Assembly (NCBI RefSeq): GCF_009834535.1
Contig: NC_045696.1
Span: 15,006,001 to 15,070,000 of the forward strand
DNA length: 64,000 nucleotides
DNA from: Camelus ferus
Lineage: Eukaryota
Direction of reading: 5' to 3'
Within the stretch, counting starts at the first letter, position 1. Every line of letters begins with the position of its first letter. A program made the position numbers and the translations under genes. Shown piece by piece: positions 49,690-62,639 of the stretch. The notes beneath the pieces are model-generated. The model did no database searches. It was not told the origin of the DNA and saw only the letters and a list, made by a program, of their open reading frames with translations.

Positions 49690-49880
49690 AATCAACCATT
49701 GTGCAGGTCTCCATAATCAGAATGTTGTACATATTACATCATCGAATTTCCACACACACAAACACGTGGCTAATATTGCCCTCAGTTCGAGGAGGAAAAC
49801 AGACACAGAAGGCCGGTCCACATCCCAAAGCTGGAGAGAAGTGCAGCAAGATGTAAGTCCAAGTCGATTTGACTTCAGAC
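49690..49880 (-). mobile_element. MIR
   Basis: 'catattacatcatcgaatttcca...gaggaggaaaacagacacaga...aagtccaagtcgatttgacttcaga'. Confidence 0.65.
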
Positions 49881-52409
49881 TACAACCAGCAGAGGCAGAG
49901 TGGGCACCGAGGCATCACAAAGGAGATTCTGGCCCCAGGTGATGACAAGCCAGCTATCTGATTGTTAAAGTTTTTCAAACTCTGAAAGAGTGTGACTTGA
50001 GAAGAAGTAGAGGTTTAAGCTTAATTTCAGGCCAACATGCAAACTTTTTCAGTCTGCCTTTAACCATCCCCAAGACTAGTTAATGATATTATTGACATTA
50101 CATGCTGAAAAAGTACCAACTACAGTATCATCAGCATTATGTATACAATGCAATATCACCCGTGTTGCATAACACCTTGTGAGATACATCTACATAGAGA
50201 TCGAGATTGAGAAAGAGAAAGAGAGAGAGGCAGCTCTTGTCAGGCCTATCCTGCCCAGCATGAACAGAACAGCTTAGACAGGGGTTAGCTTTCTTCAAAG
50301 GACACTTTCTTCCAAATGGAGAAAAAAAATAAAAAAGCTGAGCTTTATTTGCCAGGTACACCATTTATAGCTTTGGTATCTTCAAATGTAATGACCGCTC
50401 AGCTGAAGAAAGATTCAGAATCAATAATCCATTATTTCTGGGAATTGGCAAGCAGGCACAAAGGTACCCGCAGTAATTAGGATGCACCACTCGGCCTTCT
50501 CGTGCTGATTGGCAAGTCTCTGTGCAAGCTGATCATAGCACCAATAGGCCTTTTGCAATCTCATTTAAAGATGGAAACCTCTCATACTTAAACATGTTTA
50601 AAGGTACGTTATTGACAGTGTTCAAAATAATGGAAACTTGCATATGCACGTGCAAAATTATTTTTTTATGAAACATTGAAATCGTACAATTTTTAGTATT
50701 TATGTTTTTAAATTCAGTGAAGTGTTTTTCTATCAAACAATTTAATTGCAATTAAAATATGTGCAGGTGACATGTTGGGCAGGGTTAACTTCCTGACAAG
50801 ACATTGGATCCGAAACTGAACAGTGTGATGAACAGTGTATACGGGTCCCTGAATTAGTAAAGAAGACAACATTAGGGAACTTGATTAGAAAGGATTGTAA
50901 ATATTTTAATAATAGTTACGGTCACTCTTCAAAAATCTTAATAGAACCTGACTTTCATTAGTTTTGTAATATTTTCTCCACATAAGCAAAAACGTAGTGG
51001 GATATGCAGAAAAACAAACAAAAAGAAGTAAAGAAAGAAAAAAAAATGTTTATTGTCCAGCAGTATTTCATTTGAGCAAAGACAGAAAAAACTCAGAAAT
51101 AAGAAGAGGAAGCTTCAGGAACACAAAAAGGAGCAAGAAGAAGAGGCCAGGATGACTTAGAAAAGGAAATGTCACTTAAAACATTTCTGTGCTACTCTTC
51201 TGATCTGAACCCTCTCTAATGCATGAAATACAATAACCTATTTTCTCGATGACCCAGCTTGGGTTTATTTCAATTTGTGATGTAATCTTTATTTCTTGAC
51301 TGCGTTCACAGTGGTTAGAGTCAAAGGGCATCTCAGCCTCTTAACATTTCTTCTTCTTCACTCTCTCAATAAGTATCTTAGAAATGGCCATGCGCATGTA
51401 TCAAAGTCTATCTTTCAGGCACGAAAATCTCCATCCCTCTTTACCTCTTATATGCAGAACCTCACTTTTCCTTTGCCAAGGAAAAACTCTGCCCTTGGCT
51501 AAGTCAGAACATCTGGATTCTGATCTCATGGTCCTTGGAAGATAAGCAAAAAATAAAATTGTTCTGAATTCCCAATGCCTTCTCTAATAAGCATTTTATG
51601 AGAATAATAGTCTCTTTGGGAAATGGAAAAATGATTGAAATGATCACATTCAACCCTGGACTAAAGCTCTAATTAGGAACCATCTGAGAAAGGGAGCAAG
51701 ATTGCAAACAGTGCGGGGGCCCTGCCGCTTGTGCACACACTGAAGGAGGAACAGGAAGCATCAGTCACAGAGAGACTGAAACTTTTGGCACTCAAGAAAA
51801 ATCCTTCTGGCAAATTAGCAAGTTTTTGTCAAATCAGTGAAACAAGTCTATTTGGAAAACATGAAATTCTGCATATTATAAAATTTTAACAGATCCATTT
51901 TACATGCAAACAAGAAAACATCTGCTTAGCAGAAATATCCACAGTGTATCCCAAAGTTTAGAAAACATGGCTGCACAAAGTTGTTATTTTTCCATTTAGA
52001 AGGAAAATGGCAAACCATGATAGTAACAAGATAATGTAAGTGTCTAAGTTCTTCCAGCTGGTTCACATCAAGTATATATTCAATGCCATTCTCTTCCTTC
52101 AAAGTGTCAAGCCAGCCACATTTTGTGAGGGAAATGTAACCTTACTGTTAGGTTTTTTCTTAATTAACATCTCTGCCTTTCAAATAATCTCTTTAGACCA
52201 CATTACAATGAAATGGAATAGACTTTATACAGGTGGGTAGACATCTACTTCTTAGGTTGCTACTTGCATTCTCCCACATTCTTTTCAAGAAATGAAAACT
52301 TGATAGAAAATTTCAAGAGTGATTAAAAAAAAGCAATCTCCCTTATCTCCTGCACCCAGATTCTCCAATTAAGATGTTACCGTCTTTCCTGCTCTACTCA
52401 GTTTCTCAG

Positions 52410-52475
52410 TCTCTCCCTCCATCTCTCTCTCACACATACACACATACATATACACATACACAAACATATACACAA
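52410..52475. repeat. (CT)n/(CA)n-rich imperfect microsatellite
   Basis: Directly visible. Confidence 0.8.
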
Positions 52476-52481
52476 CCATCG

Positions 52482-52700
52482 TGATTCTTTGAAAATATGG
52501 CCACAGATTCTTTGCCATTTCTCCTAATGAGATGTGGCATCTTTTATTCTAGGAGCGACTGTGACTCTACATTCGAGAACAGGGTGTGGTGGAATTGACA
52601 CTATGTGTTGAAGACCAGACTATCAAAGGCCTTGCTACTCCAGATGGCTTTGTAATGTGTCCATCTGGCTAGCTGGAACTTGAACTCATGTCCAGAATTT
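52482..52700 (+). mobile_element. MaLR LTR 5' fragment (MLT1G/H-like)
   Basis: 'atggccacagattctttgcca...gagatgtgg...tggtggaattgacactatgtg'. Confidence 0.6.
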
Positions 52701-54139
52701 CTCTTCCTGTCTGATTCTATTCTGGGTGGGCCACAAGATAGATGGAAGGGCAATGTGGATGGGGAAGGAAAGCAGGCACCATTTTGAAACTCACAGGGGC
52801 TGTTGCTGCTCTGACGACTGCCCTCGCTGGCCTGAAGCAGCAGTGAGGCACGCAAACTCTCTGCCTTACCTGGATACTCTACCTTTTCTGACTCCTAGTC
52901 TGGATGTGTGTGTGTGTGTTTAGCTCCATGAAAAAAGATCCAGCTTCTTCAGGATTCCCTTGTCACCAAGGGCAGAGGCAACAAGAACTCACATGGGTCT
53001 CAGCCTGGCCTCAGGAGCTTTCTGTTAGTGCTTGTGGATTCTAGACTTTATCTCCCCAGCTCACATCCATGTTCCCTTCCTGACTTCTTGTTTGGTGGAC
53101 TGCAAGCTCCAGCATCAGATGCAAAGATGACAGCCTTAAAGAGACTGTGAACATCAATTGTGCAAGAGCAAAGTCTTATAACAGCAATATTATATAAGGT
53201 AATATTTAATAAAATATTTGGTACTAGAGTATTTCCAGAAGGACAGAATCTTAAGGATGAATTCTCTTAATTGGTTCTGAATTTTCCAGATTTGGTTCTT
53301 TGGTCTGATGAGATTTCAAGTCATTAATGACCTTGATTCCGATGAGGAAAGGATGACTGACTAGTAGTCCTATAGCAAAAACATTTACCAAAAATACCAT
53401 TTGTACATACCTGTAACATGTGTCTATAAAAGGCAAGGAATAACTAGAACATACAAAGCATTTGCTATGAATAATTTGTCAAAATCAGTAGCATAATGGG
53501 GTTAGCTGGTGTATTGGTTTGCTAGGGCTGCCGTTACAAAGTGCAACAACCTTGGCGCAACAGCAATTAAATCTGTTCTACATGACCCCTAGGAGGTGGA
53601 AACTCCCTAGGAGATAGAATTAGAATCAGTAAATACAAGTTATAGGGGTAATGTTTAGCTAAAATAATGAGAAATTTTTTTAAGAAACATTTTTAATGCT
53701 CAGAGAAATCTAGGGTTAATATGAAACAAAATGAGTTTTCTTACTGCAGGGCTTCACACTTGAATAATTATTTAGGGATAGAGGAGGGATTATAAGAGCA
53801 CATACAAGCATCAGATTGTTGGTGAACAAATGTTACTTTCAAAATCCCTACTCTATGAGTAGAAATTAGTTAGGACAAAGATTTTATGTTTAGCAGCTAA
53901 ATCACCTCAATACCTAGAAAATAACAGATGTGTAAAACATTAATTATTCCAGAAGAGTTCATACGATAAAGTCGTAAATAGTACACAACGATTATAACAC
54001 ATCAGGAAATATGTATAGATATTGTTTTATCCTTTGTCCACATACCTGGTCAAAATGAACCACATGCAAAAATGAAAAAAATTCTAAATACAATGTCTTA
54101 TAATCATGATAATTTGCTTTTACCATAAGCATTATTTCA

Positions 54140-54637
54140 TTATTAGTTATCTTTATCCATTGTCAATATATTGTTGAGTAATAAACTGGCCCAGAATGTA
54201 ATGGTTTAAAATGATAACAATTTGTTTCTCAGTCATCTATGGGTTTGCTGGAAAGTTCTGCTGATCTGAGTGAAGCTCAGCTTCTCTCAAGTGACATTGC
54301 TCAATTGTCTGTGGTCAGGTGGCAAGTGGGCTGAAAACTGGCTGACCAGGACAGCTGGGACGAGAAGGCTCTGTCCACATGTGTCATCCTACAGCAAGTT
54401 AGCCTGGGCTTTTTCTCAGCGCTTGGCAGAGTCCCAGGAGACCAAGTAGAGACATGCAGAGCCTTCTGATTCCTATGCTTGCAGCTGGTACACCATCACT
54501 CCCATCCCATCCCGTGGGCCAAGGCAAGACTCAAATAGACTCTGCCTCTAGGTGGAATAGGATGCAAAGAAACATTGCCAAGGACATGTCTATCGAGAGT
54601 GGAGAAAGGGGAAATCTTTGGCCATTGACTTATCACC
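54140..54637 (-). mobile_element. MaLR LTR (MLT1H-like)
   Basis: 'tattagttatc...aatggtttaaaatgataacaattt...tctgtggtcaggtggc...agcaagttagcctgggct...atagactctgcctct'. Confidence 0.75.
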
Positions 54638-54804
54638 CTGTAAGCGTATGTGTTCTGGCAGTCCCTACCATGTGTATGGTGAGAACTAGACTGATATTAA
54701 CTAGTACTATCACAAATAGTCAATTTCAGAATGATTGACTTTTATATTATTTTCTTATTAAATGGTGATGCTTTGGCTATTATTGGCAAACTCAGTAGCA
54801 GAAC

Positions 54805-55333
54805 TGTATCAGTTTTCAGTTGCTGTGTAACAGATCATTACAAATTTAGTAGATTGAAAGGATGCGCATATTATATCTGTTTCCATGGACACGAATCTGG
54901 GTTTGGCTTAACTGAGTCTTCTACTCAGGGTCTCAAGAAACTGAAAGCAAGGTACCACCTGGGGCTGGGGTCTCATCAGAGATCTGGGATACTCTTCTAA
55001 ACTCATGCAGTGTTGGCAAAATGCATTTCCTTGTGGCTATCGAACTCATTTTCATCAAGAGATGCAGGAGAGAGTCTCTGATCCTCACATCTATGTTTAA
55101 AGAGTTTGCCTGATTAGGTTGGGTCCACCCAGAATAATCTGCTTTTAATTACCTCGAACTGATTTGGAGCCATAACTACAGGAGCCAAACTCCTTCACTT
55201 TGTCATATAACATAACCTAATCATAGTAATAACATCCATCACACTCATAGATCATAATTAAGTGGGAGAGAGGGAGTATGTCCACAGGGAGCAGAATTCT
55301 TGGGAGCCGTCTTAGAATTCCGCATTCACCACA
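54805..55333 (-). mobile_element. MaLR LTR (MLT1D/E-like), near full length
   Basis: tgtatcagttttc...tgctgtgtaacagatcattacaaatttag...gattaggttgggtccacccagaataatct...cttagaattccgcattcaccaca. Confidence 0.85.
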
Positions 55334-55571
55334 AACCATTCTAAAATTCTTTTAAAATGTCCATCACATATTTACTATACAAAGCTTCCTACCTCTGTGG
55401 TGTGGAAAAAATTCGACAAGGTGTTTAATAATCTTTCTACAGAGTTTTCTAACATCAACGGACTCTATGGTCTGAATGCTACTAAAACCAGTTTCAGTCT
55501 CAGTAAACATCACTAAAATTCTGAGCCTAAACCGGAATCTTATTTTTCTTAATTAAGTTTAGGAATGTTAC

Positions 55572-55675
55572 AAACAAACATGTATATATATGCATGACTG
55601 GGACACTGTGCTGTACACCAGAAATTGACACATTGTAATTGACCGTACTTCTATAAAAAAAATTTTTTTTAAAAT
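55572..55675 (+). mobile_element. Very short young camelid-type L1 3' tail
   Basis: Near-identical to 36450-36530: 'tgtatatatatgcatgactgggacactgtgctgtacaccagaaattgacacattgtaa'. Confidence 0.9.
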
Positions 55676-56211
55676 AATGTTAAGTGTTTTGGAGATGTTA
55701 CCAAAAGTATATCATTTTTATAACTAATAGAATAACATGAGACAAATTAATATTTCTATGTTTAAGCCATCACAACCAAGAATCAGAAAAAAAATTCTGT
55801 GCATCCAATCACTGGAAGGAAACTTTTCCATAAAAGATGCATGCCCCCCAAAGTGGACAGAGAAATAAATTAAATAAATAAATTAAAGATGAAATCTGTC
55901 CAATGTGAACTGTAATGATCAGGAAAACATGGAGCCATTCATTTCTCACAAGTTCATATTTAAAGGAGAAGACCACAAGAACAAAAGCTGATGTTTTTCT
56001 GCTGAGGGTAAAGTCAAAATGAGGTACAGGAAGGTTGGTACAAATTACCTGGGCCACTAATGTGGTCCAAGTTCTCGGCAAGCTCTGATCTATGTTAGAA
56101 CAAATTCTGGTTCATACTTAACTGTAGAGCCCAAAATATTCTCAGCCAGGGATCCCTTTAAGAAGATCCAACAGAAGTTCCAAATATGTTTCTGCATTTC
56201 TGCGTACCTGC

Positions 56212-56375
56212 ATGTATTTGTTGTGTGTGTTTACATGTGTATATTTGTATGTGCATATGTGTTTTTGTAATTATGTGTGCGTGAGTTTGTATTTCTGTGT
56301 GTGCGTGTGTGTGTATAGTGGTGGATTTCTGTTTGTGTGTGTTTTGTGTATTCATGCATGTATATGTTTGTGTTT
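56212..56375. repeat. Degenerate (TG)-rich simple repeat
   Basis: Directly visible; accounts for the HTHT/CVCV ORFs here. Confidence 0.85.
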
Positions 56376-56620
56376 TTAATTTGCAACTCCACTACTCTGG
56401 TCTCCCAGGATTCATTTTGATAAAGCCACACAAAGGTGGCTATTATCATCATGAGCTTCCTCTCAAAGTATTGACGCTTATCAAATACATCAAAAGCAAC
56501 AGCGTGAAGTATTTTAAAAAGAGAAATAACATCAGACATGGAAGTTTGAAAACCACAAGTACAAAGGAATACATATTTTCTTAAATTCAAAGTTTTGGTT
56601 TGTTTGCATTTTCATTTTAG

Positions 56621-56660
56621 GATGCTCTTCCCTGTCACAAGGATCCTGAAAGCCCTCGAG
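56621..56660 (+). other. Candidate 40-nt exon
   Basis: ttttggtttgtttgcattttcattttag|GATGCT...CTCGAG|gtaaga; both sites near consensus. Confidence 0.4.
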
Positions 56661-58139
56661 GTAAGATATTTTGCTTTAAGGAATTTAAGACATCGACTGA
56701 GAAAGCTCTTTGTGGCCCACAGACCTATTTCTTCAGTTTACAATGTGGCTTAAGAAAATTGAACTATTTGGTTTTTTTAATGGGGCATGTCCTTTGAAGC
56801 TTATCAAAATCTCCATCACTCTCTATCACATTACACCTAAGAGTAAGAAGCATCATTCGTTGGTTTCCCTGGCTGTGGCAGAAGGTGTCCCAGTTTGCAA
56901 TCATTGCCCTTTGACACCAAGAGTGGAGGGGGCTGAGAAAGGTTCCTGTTAACCTCTTTAATAAAGTTTTGTTTTAAAATTTTTACTCTTTATGAAAATA
57001 AAATTATACAGGCTACATATTAGATGCAAAGCATAGAAACATGATTTGACATATGCAATAATTAATATTCTACAATTAACATCATTTCAACACTCTTTCC
57101 TTCCTCCTGTGATTGAAATGGAATACTTAGAGATTCTGCTCTGTTGCAGACCATGTACGTGAACAAAGCTGAGAAGCACTTCCTTCTCTTAAGACTCTGG
57201 TCTCCCATCTAAATAATGTCTTTCTGATTATGACTTTAACTTTTGATCCTATGAAAAGACAGAATGCAGTTTGAATACTCAAAGAGGAAAAATTTTCCTG
57301 TAACCACTTTTAACCCATTTAGTCTGCCACAGTGTAGTAGGTGTTTGTCAGCCCCTCCTTGGCTAATCTTGCAGGGATCCATGGCCTTAACTTTCCATTC
57401 TAAGGGGCCTCGTGCCAGGAGAGCGCTCTGACCTGGCTCCATCAATCCCTTTTACAAAAGTCTTAGCTCGCTTCCTGTGAAAGAATTCTGAGCACAGGGC
57501 TTCCTTTATCTCTCCAGGGCCGTTTTGGCAAAATCTTTTGTCCTGTTGTTTTGCCTCCTTTCCCCTCCCCACTCCTAGTTCCATCTTTTTCTAATTATCC
57601 TCCACCGGAATGACCCAAAATCCACATACACTCGAAATGAAATTCTTGCGGTTGTGGATAAAGAATTCAGAAGTTAATGTGCATGTATTAAAATGTCATG
57701 TCAGGGTAGCTTGAGGTTGGGAAGGTGCTGCTGAAGTAAAACATACACGATAACCCAACCAGCCCAGCGCACGTGGAAAGGCGCCATCAGAGCTGCCTGT
57801 GAATGAATGCGCTTCCTCAGCCTGAGGCTTGTTTATCCTTCTTCAGTCTCTTTCACATCCATCAGCATGTGCGCTAATTATCCATCTCTCAGCTCTTCCT
57901 TAACTTCCCAGTGCCCCCTTCCCAGGCTTCTCCTTGGCTTTAAATTCGCTTGAGTGTGAATTCACCTACGCATGTTCTCTAAGTGTGAGACCCACCCTTC
58001 TTCCTGCCCAGATTCTTCTATTTAACTGTTCTGTGTATATTTTTATCAGTAACATTGGCACACAAATCCCTGTGTCATTACTAACTCTGAATAGTTTTCA
58101 CTCACAGATTAATTTCTTCTTTTCATCATGTGTGTTTGA

Positions 58140-58165
58140 TGTGTGTGTGTGTGTGTGTGTGTGTG
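58140..58165. repeat. (TG)13 microsatellite
   Basis: Directly visible. Confidence 0.95.
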
Positions 58166-59059
58166 AAATCTAACCATTAAAAGAACAGCACTGATGGGTA
58201 GTATTTTTAGGTAGAAGAACACATCATTAGAGAAGCATTTTCAGGGCCTCTGAGATTTTTGACCGTCCTCAGATTTTTGCCTCCTATACAGATGTGGAGG
58301 GGTAATAATACTTACATTTCTTAGGTAGCAAGCTGGAAAATACATATTTGCCACTAAGCTTCTGAGTGCTCTGTTTCTAAGCATTGTCATCTTCTAGCGT
58401 TTGGCCGTGCAGTTTAAGCGTGGGCTTGGACTTTAACCTCCGCATCAACTTTTAACCCAGCTACTCTCTTGCCCATAGTGTGAATACCATTGGTATTTGT
58501 GTTGGAAATAATCCAAGTGGGGTGTGTGTATGTTAGTGGAGGCCGACCGCATGTGGGTGGGATAATAAAAACAGAACCTCGGCACAGCCTACCTCGAGAA
58601 AAAGGTGGATCTAGAGAGATAAAGTGTGGTATAAATTAAAAATGACCTCAGATGGAAATGGTGTGGACGTTATGAAAACATGAAAACAATCCATCTGTCA
58701 GCAGAGCATTTACTATAATGGTGAAGCTCTCATTCTCCACAGCTTAAACTGATATCCTCCCATCATTCTGAAGCATAACTCACATTTGTGACATTCCTCG
58801 TTTATTGCCTATGGAATCATGGGCACCACAAAGAGAACGATATGAATCTTGTGTGTCTTTGCCAGTTTTATAACATGGACAAGCTTTTAGGGATCAAAAC
58901 CGTCAAACTACCAAATATGTGGAGACCGGTTCTCCAACATTTCAGGTGAATAAAAAACTGTTAAAAGGGAATTGTAGGCAATGGCTCTGTTGGTGTAACT
59001 TATATACCTTTATTTCTATGTTCAGGAGCAGAGAGACGCAGAAGGCTGCGTGGACCAGG

Positions 59060-59270
59060 GAGAAAGAGGGATGCTGTGGGACTCTGCAGCTCTGATCTGG
59101 AGGTCTGTTTCAGGCATGTACAGCTGGGTGGACTGGGCAAATTACTTAAACAGTCCAGATCTCGAATTTGTTAACTATAAAATCATGTTATGAGATCTGT
59201 CTTGAAGGTTCATTGTAAGTATCAGGGCTAATATAATGCAAGTCTAAATGTGTGCTAGATGGTTGTTATT
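59060..59270 (+). mobile_element. MIR
   Basis: 'cagctgggtggactgggcaaattacttaa...ctataaaat...gttcattgtaagtat'. Confidence 0.6.
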
Positions 59271-60307
59271 CTTAGTATTGTTTATTCTATGGAAAAATCT
59301 ATATAATCAATATATTGACTTTATGAAAAGCACCATAGACCATTTATGAATAGAATTACACCCATAATTGCATTCATAAATCATCCGTAATCTCTGCTGG
59401 GAATCATCTGTAATTTCTTGACATAGCAATACTGTGTCTATTTCAGTAGAAAGGCATCATTTTTCCACAGAAGATCTTTGGTCATTTTTAGCTCTCACTT
59501 TCATTGAACACCAGAGAGGCTTTCAAGCTGCCTTTCTAAGTCATTGGCCCTCCTTAGCAGGCTTTCCAGTTTGTGGTACCCAGCTTAGCCAGACCCTAGG
59601 AATTTTCTTAAACCCATATCTTGTCTTGGCAATGACCTTTGATCACAACCTTCATGAGAGTCTATCCTCTCTTGATAACAGAAACGGTGCTTTTACATTT
59701 TACCAGATTCTCCCAACTTTACCTCTTTGTCTAAAGATAGTATTATGAGCATTGAATGTAAAACTTATCACAGCTCCTGGCCGAGAATAATTTCCCAATA
59801 ACTGACATGTATTTATTACACCATCATTACCATCATCACTGATCTCCTTGTTGGCTTTCTCCTTCCTGACCTGTGTTAGTAATGGCTTCCCAATTAACCA
59901 GTTCATTGTCGTTTAGTCTTCTCTCACTGCATTTTTCTTAAGAAAACCACTCACTCACTTTATTTTATATTAATGATATTCAGATGTAACTCTCTGGTCC
60001 CAACTACTTACTAAAGCATCAGTTTTATATTGCATATGCTTCCAAGATCTTCACTCAAATAGAATATGCTGTCATCAGACCCAACTAAGTATGCACACAC
60101 TGACCTAGATTCTCCTCTAAACTGTTCCATTTGCTTTCTTTACCACCTCACTAACCTGGCTGTTTTCAGCTCACCCCTCTCCTTTCTCTTTTAAGAGACA
60201 CTGAGCCGTTGTATTTCTTAGTTTTGCCCTTCTGTCTTTTCTAGGGGTGTTCTTCCTGTGAGGAGACTCAAAGCTTTATAATTAAATCAATTCAATTACC
60301 GTTTTAA

Positions 60308-61456
60308 AATTTTTATTATAGTTTTTAATTTTTTATTGAATGAAATTTACTTTAAATTCTATAGTGCTTTATATTTTTCCATACATGTCACTTTATATAA
60401 TCCCATAATAACCCTTTTCCTCCCTACCCTTATATTGCCCCTCCCCCTTCTTACTACTCACTGGTAACCATTCGTTTGTTCTTTGTATCTGTGAGTCTGT
60501 TTATTTTTTGTTTTATTTACTCATTTACTGTATTTTCTAGATTCCACATATAGGTGATATCATACAGTACTTGTCTGATTTGTTTCACTTAGCATAATGC
60601 CCCCCAAGTCTGTCCTAGTTGCTGAAAATGGTAAAATTTTGTTCTTTTTTATGATTGAGTAGTATTCCATGATGCATATACACCACATCTTCTTTATCTT
60701 TTATGAATATCTGTTGATGAACACTTAGGTTGCTTCCATACCTTGGCAATTGTAAATAACACTGCTGTGAACATTGGGGTGCATGTATCTTTTTGAATTA
60801 GTGCTTTTGTTTTTTGGAATATATACTCATGAGTGGGTCATATGGTCAAATGCTGGGTCATATGGTAGTTCTACTTTTAGTTTCTTGAGAAACCTCCATA
60901 CTGTTTTCCACAGTGGCTACACCAATTTACATTCCCACCATTACTGTATGAGGGTTACCTTTTCTCTACATCCTCACCAGCCATTTATTATTTGTATTCT
61001 TTTTGATGATAGCCATACTGACAGGCGTGAGGTGATACCTCATTGTGGTTTTGATTTGTATTTCCCCCATGATTAGCAATGTTGGCATCCTTTCATGTGC
61101 CTGTTGGCCATCTGCATTTCCTCTTTGTAAAAAATATCTATTCAGTTCTTCTGCCCATTTTTTAATCAGGTTTTTTTTTTAATGTTGACTTGTATGAACT
61201 GTTTATATATGTTGAATATTAACCCCTTATCAGCCTTATAATATGCCCATTCAGTAGGTTGCCTTTTTGTTTTGTTAAAGTTTTCCTTTGTTAAGAAAAA
61301 GCTTTTACATTGAATTAGACCCAATTTGTTTATTTTTGTTTTTATTTCCTTTGCTTTAGGAGATGGAGCCAAAAAAACACTGCAATTTATGTCGAAGAAT
61401 GTTCTGCCTGTGTTCCTCTAAGAGTTTTATGATATCTGGTCTTAACATATAGGTCT
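60308..61456 (-). mobile_element. Cetartiodactyl LINE-1, 3' portion (ORF2 3' part, 3'UTR, tail)
   Basis: T-rich tail at ~60308-60335; 'ctggtaaccatt...atctgtgagtctg'; 'aacctccatactgttttccacagtggct'; ORF 61166-61372 (-) resembles L1 ORF2 (PKAKEIKTKINK...KRQPTEW). Confidence 0.93.
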
Positions 61457-61687
61457 ACAAATAAAAATGAAAACAGGATAATCCAAAACTTTTTGGACAC
61501 AGCAAAAGCAGTTCTAAGAGGGAAGTTTATAGTGATATAAATTTACCTCAGGAAGCAAGAAAAATTGCAAATAAACAAGCTAAGCTTACACCTAAAGGAA
61601 CTAGAGAAAGAACAACACACAAAACCCAGATTTAGTAGAAAGAAAGAAATCTTAATAAAGATCAGAGCAGAAATAAAGGAAACAAAA

Positions 61688-61756
<69 letters not shown>

Positions 61757-62063
61757 CAATAAAGCTAAAAGCTAGTTCTTTGAAAAGATACACAAAATTG
61801 ATAAACCTTAGCCAGACTCATCACGAAAAAAAGGGAGAGGGCCCAAATCAATCAAATCAGAAATTAAAAAAAGGAAAAAGTACAACCAACACTACAGAAA
61901 TACAAAGGATCATAAGAGACCACTACGAGCAACTATATGCCAATAAAATGAGTAAGAAACTTTGAAGAAATTCTGAATTCTTAGAATAGTACAATCTCTC
62001 AATACTGCACTAGGAAGAAAAAAAACATGAACAGACCAATTACCAGCAATGAAACTGAATCAG
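61457..62063 (+). mobile_element. Inverted 5' portion of the same LINE-1 (ORF2 region after the endonuclease domain)
   Basis: 'cagcaaaagcagttctaagagggaagtttatag'; peptides QINKLSLHLKELEKEQ...IKIRAEI and TTEIQRIIRDHYEQLYANK; TSD caattaccgttttaa (60293) / caattgccttttaa (62064). Confidence 0.9.
61687..61754. repeat. (AAAG)17 microsatellite inside L1
   Basis: Directly visible. Confidence 0.97.
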
Positions 62064-62639
62064 CAATTGCCTTTTAATTGTCTTCTAATGGAATCTTGGT
62101 CTTCTGTTACACCCAGCCTCAACTCCACAGGGTACTTTGCTATAGGAATTATTTTGAATGTCTGGTGGTTTTTCGCTTTTGTTTTTGTGCTCGCTTGCTT
62201 GTTTCAGAGCCTACAAAGATCCCTTAATGTCACTTATATTACATTAATCTATAGTTTTCATAATAATGAATGAAAATTTCCTCATCCCAACATTTTTCCC
62301 CGAAAGCTGCTCTATATGAGCATTTGGTCTCAGTGTGTCTGGGTCCTCCTGTACCACCCCCAGACCAGGGTGACTGACTATTAACTCTTGACCACTGGCT
62401 CATGCTTTGACTTCCTACATGGAAATTCTTCCGCATATCCTCTTGACCGTCTGTTTTTGTGTTTTCTTCAAAGCCTAGCTTAATTTTCATTGTTTCATAC
62501 AGCTTTCGGTTAATAGTCTGGCTATTTATATCTCTCTGCTTTCTGATTATCATGCCTTTTTACGCATCATATACGTTCCTTGAGTGCTGTCTCTGTCGCA
62601 GCATTTTCTCAGCTATATTCTTATCCGATCTTTATAAGA

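Noticed and set aside
50147..50176. Short stem-loop as a possible miRNA
   Set aside because: Stem of about 9 bp, far too short for a pre-miRNA
56158..56590. Overlapping His/Thr- and Cys/Val-rich ORFs
   Set aside because: Products of the TG-rich simple repeat
61565..61762. ORF with KKER repeats
   Set aside because: Translation of the (AAAG)n microsatellite within L1
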